Assembly (NCBI GenBank): GCA_001595915.1 | Contig: LSSG01000032.1 | Coordinates: 23,142 to 87,141, forward strand | DNA length: 64,000 nucleotides | DNA from: Thermoplasmatales archaeon SG8-52-3 | GTDB lineage: Archaea > Thermoplasmatota > E2 > DHVEG-1 | Direction of reading: 5' to 3' | Shown here: positions 44,884 to 53,630 of the stretch, piece by piece | Layout: each line of letters opens with the position of its first letter | How positions within the stretch are numbered: the first letter of the stretch is position 1 | Notes under the pieces: generated by a model | Seen by the model: only the letters and a program-made list of their open reading frames with translations | Told to the model about the DNA's origin: nothing | Databases searched by the model: none | Position numbers and translations under genes: made by a program

Positions 44884-45585
44884 ATGATAATAGTCAATAA
44901 CGTTACAAAATCTTATGGTAAAATAATTGCACTAAAAAATGTAAATTTGAAATTTGAGGATTCACATGTAATTGCAATAATGGGCGAAAATGGGGCAGGA
45001 AAAACAACACTATTAAAACTATGTACAGGAATTTTACCGTTTGATAGCGGGGAAATCACTGTTGATGGTTATAATATCATTAATGATTCAATAAAAGCTA
45101 AGGAACAAATTGGATATCTCCCAGAAATGCCTTACATGTATGAAAGACTTACAGGTAGAGAGTTTCTTTTTTATATTGCTTCTCTTAGAAAAATTAAGGA
45201 TTCAGAAGAAAAAATAGATGAAATCACTAAAATGATTGGAATACATGATTTTCTTGATTATGAAATAGGCAGCTATTCAAAGGGTATGAAACAAAAGATA
45301 TCAGTAACATCTGCAATAATGCATAACCCAAAAAATCTATTATTAGATGAACCTGTCTACGGTCTTGATCCTTTAACATCAAGAGCAATTCAAAATTTTA
45401 TTAGAAATAAAAAAGGTAGTACGATAATTGCGACTCACTCATCGCAGTTAGTAGAACAAATTGCTGATCATGTTTATATAATAATGAGAGGTAAAGTTAT
45501 ATTATTTGATAAAGTTACAAGCATCTTAAAAAAACATGGTAGTGTCGAAGAAGCATATTTTCATATAAAGGATGAAAATGTTTGA
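44884..45585 (+). CDS. ABC transporter ATP-binding protein
   Basis: 233 aa with Walker A GENGAGKTT, signature YSKGMKQKI and Walker B LLDEPVYGLD. Confidence 0.88.
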   Translation: MIIVNNVTKSYGKIIALKNVNLKFEDSHVIAIMGENGAGKTTLLKLCTGILPFDSGEITVDGYNIINDSIKAKEQIGYLPEMPYMYERLTGREFLFYIASLRKIKDSEEKIDEITKMIGIHDFLDYEIGSYSKGMKQKISVTSAIMHNPKNLLLDEPVYGLDPLTSRAIQNFIRNKKGSTIIATHSSQLVEQIADHVYIIMRGKVILFDKVTSILKKHGSVEEAYFHIKDENV

Positions 45586-46960
45586 AACAACTAAAGTAAT
45601 ACTTACAGAAAATTCAAGAAGTCTAAAAAATAAAATGCGAGAAGCACCAATTCTTTATTTGTTATTTTCGGCAATGATTATTTTTTCGATTTTCATTTTT
45701 GCATACGCTACTTTTTTCTTCATAAACATAGATATAAATCTAAATATCAGTCTGGAAGATGTTTTTTTTACAGTTTTTTTTATGTTTTTATTAAAAACAG
45801 TAGCTGATTTTTATAACAATTTTATAAAGGCATCCCAGCTTTCATATTCACTTTCTACAAATGTTAAACAAACAAAGACTATTACTGAAGTTTTTATTGC
45901 AATTCTTCTAATTCAAATTACTATTTGGTTTTCATTTTCTATTTTATTTTTAATAGCTCTTGCAAGTTTTGGTGTAAATGTTATCTACGTATTTGAATAC
46001 ACAATTTTTACAATAGGAGTAATTGTAGCTGTCTGTTTAGGATGTGCAATCTCTATAAATTTTTTCTCACCTAAAAAATATAGACTTCTACCAATGTTAA
46101 TTTTATTAGGATTTTATTTTCAAATAAGAGAACCGCTTTATGTAATATTTACTCTCCCCTTAACCATAATTCATGTAACCTGGAGTATTAAAAACAGTAT
46201 GGAATCTCATCTTTATAGCACCAGAAAAGAAAGATTAAAAGACAAAACTCAGATAAAAATCCGTAACACTATAAAGACAATTTTTCATCGAGAAACAACA
46301 GTCCTATGGCGTGATAAACTATTATATAGTTTTGTTTTTACTTCTGTTTCAACTGGTATATTTAGTGGTTATCTTTTTTTATATGGTGATGAAATCCTAA
46401 TACCAGAAGCACTTAGAAATCAAATTGGTGGTCTTTTGCCATCAATGTTTCTGTTTCTTGGTATTTATGTTGTGATTATGTATACTGGCGTATTTCCTTC
46501 TTTGAATCTTTTTTTAAATGAAGAAAAAACAATGTGGATATTAAGACATATTCCTGTAAGAAACGATAAAATAATATTTGGTAAGGTATCCTCACTTTCT
46601 TTGTGTTTTCTTACTGCTATTCCATTTATACCATATATCACAATATTTACAGGAATTGAAAAAATCGGTTTCCTTATCTTTTTTCTGATTTTTTCCTATA
46701 TTGCAGGAATAATAATCTCTGTACCTTTGGGTGTTAAATATGTTGGAAAAAAGTCAGATATTATGTTGCTATATAGTGTATCCATGATACTTTTTGTAAT
46801 TCTTAGTTTTGCATCAGTTATTGTAAATATGATAGAACGATTATTTCCATATCCAATTATTTTATATATTTTGATTATTCTTTGTGAATTATTATTGCTT
46901 TATGCTTCTATAAAAATATCCTCACAAATATTATCATTGAAATACAAATCAGCTAGTTAG
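45572..46960 (+). CDS. Polytopic membrane protein, putative ABC exporter permease partner
   Basis: 462 aa with at least 10 hydrophobic helices. It overlaps the ATPase gene by 14 nt. Confidence 0.5.
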   Translation: MKMFETTKVILTENSRSLKNKMREAPILYLLFSAMIIFSIFIFAYATFFFINIDINLNISLEDVFFTVFFMFLLKTVADFYNNFIKASQLSYSLSTNVKQTKTITEVFIAILLIQITIWFSFSILFLIALASFGVNVIYVFEYTIFTIGVIVAVCLGCAISINFFSPKKYRLLPMLILLGFYFQIREPLYVIFTLPLTIIHVTWSIKNSMESHLYSTRKERLKDKTQIKIRNTIKTIFHRETTVLWRDKLLYSFVFTSVSTGIFSGYLFLYGDEILIPEALRNQIGGLLPSMFLFLGIYVVIMYTGVFPSLNLFLNEEKTMWILRHIPVRNDKIIFGKVSSLSLCFLTAIPFIPYITIFTGIEKIGFLIFFLIFSYIAGIIISVPLGVKYVGKKSDIMLLYSVSMILFVILSFASVIVNMIERLFPYPIILYILIILCELLLLYASIKISSQILSLKYKSAS

Positions 46961-47992
46961 AATTCCCAACTTCTTCATATTTTGAAGATTATCAGAATGT
47001 TTTTCAAAGTATTTGTGAACTGGTTCAAGTATCTTGTTAATATAATTTGATGCAGCATTTTTTAAATCAAGAGGATGAAGATCAAATGAATATGCTTTTT
47101 CAAGTTCAAAATATGTATCAAATTCAAGATTTCCTCCAAACTTTTCAGGTCTATTAATTAAAAATTTTTCACCTTTAAGTTCAGGAAAAATTACAAACTT
47201 ACATATCTCAAGAATAGGGTTGTCTTCAACCTGTTTTTCTGGGCAGAATGCTTTACTTATTTTTCTTTTCACTGTATCTGGCTCGTCGTGAATTGATATC
47301 ATGGAATCAGGTTTACTCTTGCTCATCTTAACTTCTAATGGATTCATTCTTCCCCCTGCTTGTAAACCAGTCAGTAGAGGAGTATGTATTGCAACGGGGG
47401 GTTTTCTACCAATTTTTTTAGAAACATCTCGGGCGAGCATATGAGCATGTCTTTGGTCCATACCTCCATATGCAACATCTATATTAAGATAAAATATATC
47501 AGACACCTGCATTGCAGGATAAAACAATTTAGATAAATCCTTATCTGCTTCTTTTTCATCTCTGCCCATAATATCCATTGCTCTTTTAACGCGGGCAATA
47601 GAGGTGGCTTTCGAGGTCCTTAAAACTAATTCCCAATATTTCGGGTCACCGACATAATCACTTGCATAGACAAATTTCACCTTTTCTTTTTCAATACCCA
47701 TTGCAGCAAAACAATCTTCCATGTATTTTCCACATAACTTTATCTTATCAATATCTCCACCCAGCTTATCATTTATATATGCATGCCAATCTGCTAAAAG
47801 AATAATAAAATCAAAACCACATTCGAGGAAATCCTTTATTTTATTTGAACAAATTTTCCATCCAAGATGAACTGTACCAGAGGGCTCAAAACCAATGTAA
47901 GCTTTTGGTTTATCTTTATCAATAATTGAATTCAGTTCTTCAATAGTTACAATTTCTTGTGAGTTTGCTGTTAGATTATCTAATTTATTCAT
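46949..47992 (-). CDS. tyrS: Tyrosine--tRNA ligase (archaeal/eukaryal type)
   Basis: 347 aa, collinear with Methanocaldococcus TyrRS as I recall it: AYIGFEPSGTVHLGW, GFDFIILLADWHAYIN, YPAMQVSDIFYLNIDVAYGGMDQRHAHMLARD, KMSKS, RPEKFGGNLEF and HPLDLKNA. Confidence 0.85.
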   Translation of the reverse strand: MNKLDNLTANSQEIVTIEELNSIIDKDKPKAYIGFEPSGTVHLGWKICSNKIKDFLECGFDFIILLADWHAYINDKLGGDIDKIKLCGKYMEDCFAAMGIEKEKVKFVYASDYVGDPKYWELVLRTSKATSIARVKRAMDIMGRDEKEADKDLSKLFYPAMQVSDIFYLNIDVAYGGMDQRHAHMLARDVSKKIGRKPPVAIHTPLLTGLQAGGRMNPLEVKMSKSKPDSMISIHDEPDTVKRKISKAFCPEKQVEDNPILEICKFVIFPELKGEKFLINRPEKFGGNLEFDTYFELEKAYSFDLHPLDLKNAASNYINKILEPVHKYFEKHSDNLQNMKKLGILTS

Positions 47993-47997
47993 ATTAT

Positions 47998-49356
47998 CTA
48001 TCTCTCAAGTCTTTTAATAACCCTATCAATAATTTTTTCAGTTGCTCCAAGATAGTTCTCAGGTTTTAGTGAATAATCTATTTCTTTTTCGGTGAGAATT
48101 TTTATTTTCTTATTTTCCTCAATAAAAATTTCCTTTAATGATTTATTTTCAGAAGCAGCTTTTAATGATATCTTTCTCATAAGCTCATGTGCGTCACCAC
48201 GACCTAAACCTTTTTCAATTAAAGTTGTCATTAGTGATTCAGCCATTGGTAATCCTTTAGAAATATCAAGATTTTTTTTCATCCTATCTGGAAAAACTTT
48301 TAGATTTGTGAATACAATGTTCATCTGAAACAAAATCCAATCAGTTAGAATTATAGAATGTGGAATAATGAAACGTTCTGATGATGAATTACAAAGGTCA
48401 CGTTCATGCCATTGTATAGAATTTTCATAAGTCGGGATAATAAATCCTCTAATTATTCTTGCAAGACCACAGATTTGTTCACATGTTATTGGATTTTTTT
48501 TATGAGGCATTGTTGAAGATCCAACTTGTTTTTTTGCTTCAAATGCTTCTGCAACTTCACCTATTTCATCTCTTTGTAAATTCCGAACCTCTGTTGCATA
48601 TTTTTCAATACTTGTTGAAATATTACATAAAACTCCTAATAATTCATTATAACGATCACGGCAAACAATTTGAGTTGCTACATCTTCTATTCCAAGTTTT
48701 AGCTCTTTAAGCATTTCCTCTTGTAGCTTAAATGCATTTTTCCCAAGAGCTGCACCAGTTCCTACAGCGCCTGATAATTTTCCAATTAAAAGTCTACTCT
48801 TTGATTCAAATAATCTTTCCATATGCCTCTCAATTTCCATTGCATAACCTGCCATTTTGAGACCGAAGGTTATTGGAATTGTATGTTGACCATGAGTTCT
48901 ACCAACCATTACTGTTTTTTTATATTTCTTTGCAAGGTTTAAAAGAGTGTTACGAAGATCTTTTAGACCTTTTCTAATGTACTCTGTAGATTCTGCAATT
49001 TGTAGGGCATTTGCAGTATCTACGATATCATAGCTTGTTGCTCCAAGATGAATGTACTTTCCAGCATCTCCAGAGCATACTTCAGCAAGAGCGCGGGTAA
49101 CAGCCATTATATCATGTTTAGTTTCTGCTTCAATTTTTTTTACCCTTTCGACTTTTACATATTTTACAGAAGCCTTTTTTGTTATTTCTTCAGCTGCATT
49201 TTTTGGAATATTACCAACTTTGGCATGAGCTCTAGCAAGTGCGGCTTCAACTTCCAGTAAATATTCAAGTCGGCGTTTCTCACCAAATATTTCTGTTAAC
49301 TCTTTTCTACCATAGCGGTAATCGAGGGGACATATTGGATCATCCATGATTTTCAC
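47998..49356 (-). CDS. purB: Adenylosuccinate lyase
   Basis: 452 aa with the N-terminal PLDYRYGR and the fumarate-lyase signature GSSTMPHKKNP. Confidence 0.9.
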   Translation of the reverse strand: MKIMDDPICPLDYRYGRKELTEIFGEKRRLEYLLEVEAALARAHAKVGNIPKNAAEEITKKASVKYVKVERVKKIEAETKHDIMAVTRALAEVCSGDAGKYIHLGATSYDIVDTANALQIAESTEYIRKGLKDLRNTLLNLAKKYKKTVMVGRTHGQHTIPITFGLKMAGYAMEIERHMERLFESKSRLLIGKLSGAVGTGAALGKNAFKLQEEMLKELKLGIEDVATQIVCRDRYNELLGVLCNISTSIEKYATEVRNLQRDEIGEVAEAFEAKKQVGSSTMPHKKNPITCEQICGLARIIRGFIIPTYENSIQWHERDLCNSSSERFIIPHSIILTDWILFQMNIVFTNLKVFPDRMKKNLDISKGLPMAESLMTTLIEKGLGRGDAHELMRKISLKAASENKSLKEIFIEENKKIKILTEKEIDYSLKPENYLGATEKIIDRVIKRLER

Positions 49357-49453
49357 AATCCGAGAATCCTTTTTTGCTTAATGTTTTTTTCTAAATGGAT
49401 TGAGTTTATAAATAAAAAGATATTATCTTAATGTAAATGCAGAGGGAGAGTAA

Positions 49454-49930
49454 ATGAATAATGAAGGTTATCCAAATCCATCAGGCTGGAGAATATCTTT
49501 ATCAATTGCAGTGGGTATAGGCTGGTTAATTTTTGTAATAATATGGCTGGCATTTTATGCAGGAGATTATACTCTTTATAGAAATATTGCAATCATCATT
49601 ATTTCAATTCTTGTAATATTCTTGATACTTGGGATTTCATGGGCATCATGGGGATTAAAATATATGCCAAAAGAAGGTAAAGAAATGATGAAAACTGAAG
49701 GATTTAGAAGTAGAATAATTGTATCGATTGTAATTCCTTTTTTGTTGATAATATTTATGATATATTGGTTTTATTTTCCTGCAGAAGATTTTGATGGCTA
49801 TCAAAATATTGCAATATTTTTAGTATCTCTATTAATCGTTGGAGGATTACTTGCTGGTATATGGGCTCCATGGGGGATGAAACACAGTAAAGATTTTGAA
49901 AAATTTGATTGTAAAGAAAAAAAAGATTAG
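49454..49930 (+). CDS. 4-TM membrane protein built from an internal 2-TM duplication
   Basis: 158 aa. The two halves align (GWRISLSIAVGIGWLIFVIIWLAFYAGDYTLYRNIAIIIISILVIFLILGISWASWGLKYMPKEG versus GFRSRIIVSIVIPFLLIIFMIYWFYFPAEDFDGYQNIAIFLVSLLIVGGLLAGIWAPWGMKHSKD). Confidence 0.45.
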   Translation: MNNEGYPNPSGWRISLSIAVGIGWLIFVIIWLAFYAGDYTLYRNIAIIIISILVIFLILGISWASWGLKYMPKEGKEMMKTEGFRSRIIVSIVIPFLLIIFMIYWFYFPAEDFDGYQNIAIFLVSLLIVGGLLAGIWAPWGMKHSKDFEKFDCKEKKD

Positions 49931-49944
49931 TATAAAATCATATT

Positions 49945-50676
49945 TTATTTAAATAATTCAACTTTCAAACTTTCAAGATTAATTCCTTGATACTGTCTAT
50001 TTGAAATCTCTTTATCTTCATCTATAATTTTATAGTTAAAACCTGCATTTAAAATAATATTAATATAATCTTCTTTAAGTAAAGCACCTCCAACACATCC
50101 AGCAATGAGTTCATCATCATTTTTTTGTTCTTCAGATAAATGACTTAATAAAACAATATCTGAAACATACATTCTTCCATCTTTTTTCAAAACTCTATAT
50201 GCTTCTTTGAAAACTTTCAGCTTATTGGGTGCAAGATTAATTACACAATTACTAATAATTACATCAAAATATTCATTTTTAAAAGGTAGATTATCAATAT
50301 CTCCTTTTCTGAATTCAACATTTTGATAGTTATATTTATCTGCAAGTTCTTTTGATTTTTTTATCATTTCATCAGTGAAGTCAATACCAACTACTTTACC
50401 GGTATTACCAACTTTTTTTGATGCTATAAATGCATCAAATCCCGCCCCTGAACCTAAATCCAATACTATATCTCCTTCTTTAATATTTGAAATTGCTACT
50501 GGATTACCACAACCAAGACCGAGATTTGCATCAGATGCTATTGAAATCTCCTCATTTGAATAGCCAATAGACCGTGCAATATCAACTTCATTTTGCTGTC
50601 CACAACAGCTACAACTTTTTTGTGCAACTTTACTATAGCAATTTTTTACAATTTTCTTAATATCTTTTTCTTTCAT
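49945..50676 (-). CDS. arsM: ArsM-like SAM-dependent methyltransferase (arsenite methyltransferase family)
   Basis: An N-terminal Cys cluster SCSCCG, motif I VLDLGSGAGFDAF, VVGIDFTDEM and SNCVINLAPNK are typical of ArsM. I place the start at ATG 50676, which forms an ATGA overlap with the folP stop; the track start at 50697 would overlap folP by 25 nt. Confidence 0.7.
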   Translation of the reverse strand: MKEKDIKKIVKNCYSKVAQKSCSCCGQQNEVDIARSIGYSNEEISIASDANLGLGCGNPVAISNIKEGDIVLDLGSGAGFDAFIASKKVGNTGKVVGIDFTDEMIKKSKELADKYNYQNVEFRKGDIDNLPFKNEYFDVIISNCVINLAPNKLKVFKEAYRVLKKDGRMYVSDIVLLSHLSEEQKNDDELIAGCVGGALLKEDYINIILNAGFNYKIIDEDKEISNRQYQGINLESLKVELFK

Positions 50677-51524
50677 GTTATCTGTCTCACAATACAATCA
50701 ATCATTTCTATACAACGTCTTGTTTCTTTTACATCATGGACCCTTATTATATCTGCACCATTCAATACTGCAACACAAGCAGCAGCTAAACTACCCTCTA
50801 ACCGATCTGTAATGGGTAATTGTTTCTTATATCCACAAACATTTCCTATAAAAGTCTTTCGAGAAGGACCTACTAGAATTGGATAACCAAGACTTTTAAA
50901 TTCCCCTAATCTAGCTAATATCTCGCAATTGTCCTCGATACCCTTACCAGTTCTTTTTCCAAAACCAAGCCCTGGATCAATGATTATATTTTCTTTTCTT
51001 ATTTCATTAAACATAGCATATTCAGCACGTTCTTTTAAGAAATAATATATCTCCATTACTATGTCATCATAATTTAGATTTTTCTGCATATTTCTTGGAT
51101 TTCCTTTCATATGCATCAAACATATAGGAACATCGTATTTAGCCACAATATTTACAAGTTTATTATCTCCTCTTAGAGCAGTTATATCATTTATCATACT
51201 TACACCAAGATCCAAAGCTTTCATTGCAACATCAGACTTGTAAGTGTCAATTGATATTGGGATTTTTATATTATCAACAAGTTCTTCAATTACTGGAATT
51301 ATTCTTTTTATTTCTTCATCTTTTGATATACTATCTGCACCAGGTCTTGTGGATTCTCCACCTATATCAATAATATCTGCTCCTTCTTTTTCCATTTTAA
51401 CTGCATGAGCAATGGCATCCTCTTTTTTTAAAAATTTTTTTCCATCAGAAAATGAATCTGGAGTAACATTCAAGATTCCCATTATAATAGTTTTTTTTCT
51501 GAATTCAATTTTTTGTCTTGGCAT
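50673..51524 (-). CDS. folP: Dihydropteroate synthase
   Basis: 283 aa with IMGILNVTPDSFSDG, DIGGESTRPGA, MINDI and DPGLGFGK pterin-binding motifs. Confidence 0.9.
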   Translation of the reverse strand: MPRQKIEFRKKTIIMGILNVTPDSFSDGKKFLKKEDAIAHAVKMEKEGADIIDIGGESTRPGADSISKDEEIKRIIPVIEELVDNIKIPISIDTYKSDVAMKALDLGVSMINDITALRGDNKLVNIVAKYDVPICLMHMKGNPRNMQKNLNYDDIVMEIYYFLKERAEYAMFNEIRKENIIIDPGLGFGKRTGKGIEDNCEILARLGEFKSLGYPILVGPSRKTFIGNVCGYKKQLPITDRLEGSLAAACVAVLNGADIIRVHDVKETRRCIEMIDCIVRQIT

Positions 51525-51526
51525 TC

Positions 51527-51892
51527 CTAATTTACTTCCCTCAGTAAAATATCTAGTTTGTTTGCGATATTTTTTAACCTTGAATAATGTCTTTTTAGTT
51601 TAATTACAAGTTCTTTTAGTTGTTTAAGATTTCCTATTATTAAAATATCGCCAGTTTTTTCGTGCAACTCAAAGGTATTTTTTGGAACAGCAACTTCACC
51701 ACCTATAGATAACATATCCTGTTTAATAATAATGGCATCCTGAAGAACTACATTTTCAAGTTTGATAACCTTTAAAATAGCCTTTGGAGCCATTATTTCA
51801 ATACTTTCAGGATCACTACCAATTTTACTAATTTCTTCTCTAGCATTTTGAAGTGTTTTTACTTCTATTATCCTTAGATTTTGTTCTGTCAC
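51527..51892 (-). CDS. Hypothetical protein co-transcribed with folP
   Basis: 121 aa, 2-nt gap to folP, no motif recognised. Confidence 0.4.
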   Translation of the reverse strand: MTEQNLRIIEVKTLQNAREEISKIGSDPESIEIMAPKAILKVIKLENVVLQDAIIIKQDMLSIGGEVAVPKNTFELHEKTGDILIIGNLKQLKELVIKLKRHYSRLKNIANKLDILLREVN

Positions 51893-51920
51893 GAAAATTA
51901 AGTAATAAAATCGTTCTATA

Positions 51921-52130
51921 TTATTTTTGACCTCTTTTGACTTTTAAAGGTAAATAAAGAATATAAAAAATACAGAAAAACTCAATATTTGCTGCAATAA
52001 TTATAAGAATAGGATCTTTTGGCCAAGCACTAATAGGAGAAAGATGGTATAAGGATAATATTATTGTGATTATCAATGCGATGAGTATATAGATTATTAT
52101 TAATTGTTTTTCACTTCGATTTTCAAACAT
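51921..52130 (-). CDS. Small 2-TM membrane protein
   Basis: 69 aa with two hydrophobic helices and a basic C-terminus. Confidence 0.35.
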   Translation of the reverse strand: MFENRSEKQLIIIYILIALIITIILSLYHLSPISAWPKDPILIIIAANIEFFCIFYILYLPLKVKRGQK

Positions 52131-52292
52131 TAATTTTTATATATAAGCGCTATTCTTTTTAGATTTTTGGTAATTTTTATCTATTTATTATTTTTTTTAT
52201 TATTTTTTATTAATTTTAATTAAAATATCTATATTTTTAAAAAAAGTTTATATCCTTGAACATATATTACAATAGTACGAAGGGGGAGCAAT

Positions 52293-53384
52293 ATGGAAAA
52301 AAATAAAAAATATACTATAAAAGGCGCAGGCGTTTTGCTGATTGCAGCAGCCCTCATATTAACATCCGTGGCTGTAACAGCAGATACAGTAAAAGAAAAA
52401 ATGAACCCAGCATTTTTAAGATCAACTGGTCCAAGTATTTCAATTGAAAACAGCCCAGCAACAACAGGTGCTGTAATTTTTGAACAATTACCGTACGAAC
52501 CAGAGGAATCCTGGATTTTTATGACTAGTGCTGCTAGTGCAGGATACCGTGTATGGGATGAATACTGGGAACTAAACGAACAGATTTGTGATATTCACTG
52601 GTGGGGTCTTAGCCTAGTTTATCCATGGGCAGCATGTGATCCTAGTGGAATGGTCTTTGAAATCATATTCTGGGATGCATTACTTGGAAATCCAGTATGT
52701 ACATACCAGGTAACACCAACAGGAGTATCAACTGGAAAATTCTACAGTGGATTTGAAATGTTCTATTGGGAAGCTATACTTGATCCATGTTGTGATTTAA
52801 TTCCAAATGGTTGGGTATCAATTCAAAGTGTACAAAGTCCAAATAATTGTTGGTTATTATGGGCAGGATCAGACGAAGGTGATCTATACTGTTATCAGGA
52901 AGGATCAACCACTCCAGATCAAGTTGACGATGCAGCATTCCAATTAACAGCAGAAGGAGAACCAGCATATCCAAAAATAATTTGTGACCCAGTAGGAATG
53001 AACTTCGGAAAAGCAGGTCCTGGAGCAACTGTTACTGGACAAATATATGTTTGTAACGGTGGAGATCCTGGATCATACTTAGACTGGTATGTTGACACAG
53101 CAGCTGTTCCAACATGGGGAACCTGGACATTTACACCTGCCGGTGGCACTGGTGTAGCAGAGGGTGACTGTGTTGTTGTTGATGTAACTTGTGTTGTAAC
53201 TGATACAACTGGTACATACAATGGTGAAATAACTGTTTACAATGCAAAAGATTCAACTGACTACTGTAAAATTGATACTTCAGTTGAAGTACCAAGAGCC
53301 AGATCACATAACGCATTGATGTGGAACTTATTCCAGCAATTCCCAGCGCTATACCAAATTGTAAAAATAATATTTGGGGCTTAA
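52293..53384 (+). CDS. Secreted/surface hypothetical protein with shared tail motif, compositionally atypical
   Basis: 363 aa with the signal GAGVLLIAAALILTSVAVTADT and several Cys pairs. The C-terminal beta-sandwich-like part is rich in T/G/V. It ends ...ALMWNLFQQFPALYQIVKIIFGA. The gene is visibly GC-richer than its flanks: three long antisense ORFs appear only here. Confidence 0.55.
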   Translation: MEKNKKYTIKGAGVLLIAAALILTSVAVTADTVKEKMNPAFLRSTGPSISIENSPATTGAVIFEQLPYEPEESWIFMTSAASAGYRVWDEYWELNEQICDIHWWGLSLVYPWAACDPSGMVFEIIFWDALLGNPVCTYQVTPTGVSTGKFYSGFEMFYWEAILDPCCDLIPNGWVSIQSVQSPNNCWLLWAGSDEGDLYCYQEGSTTPDQVDDAAFQLTAEGEPAYPKIICDPVGMNFGKAGPGATVTGQIYVCNGGDPGSYLDWYVDTAAVPTWGTWTFTPAGGTGVAEGDCVVVDVTCVVTDTTGTYNGEITVYNAKDSTDYCKIDTSVEVPRARSHNALMWNLFQQFPALYQIVKIIFGA

Positions 53385-53422
53385 TTTTTTAGCCCTTCTC
53401 TTTTTCTTTTTTATTAATTAGT

Positions 53423-53623
53423 TTATCGTCTTTTTAATTTTATATTTACTGAATGAAAAAGAAGCAATGCGATAAACAATGCAATAAAAGATAATGAAAA
53501 ATGAATTAGAGTTGAACGATAATTAATAAACATAATAACTTGCAATACTGCTATAAAAAGTAAAAGACTCATGAAAAATATTATTATTGATTTTAAACTC
53601 CAATTTCTAAACATGTATATCAA
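53423..53623 (-). CDS. Small 2-TM membrane protein
   Basis: 66 aa with two hydrophobic helices. It lies directly downstream of folC on the same strand (folC ends at 53631, a 7-nt gap). Confidence 0.3.
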   Translation of the reverse strand: MIYMFRNWSLKSIIIFFMSLLLFIAVLQVIMFINYRSTLIHFSLSFIALFIALLLFHSVNIKLKRR

Positions 53624-53630
53624 ACAATTT

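Noticed and set aside
46949-47992. The class-I HIGH signature of the TyrRS reads HLGW instead of HxGH.
   Set aside because: The rest of the protein, including the Tyr-binding AYIGFEPSG and QVSDIFYL segments and KMSKS, is conserved. As far as I recall, the fourth HIGH position is also non-His in eukaryotic cytosolic TyrRS (HVAY), so this is probably normal family variation.
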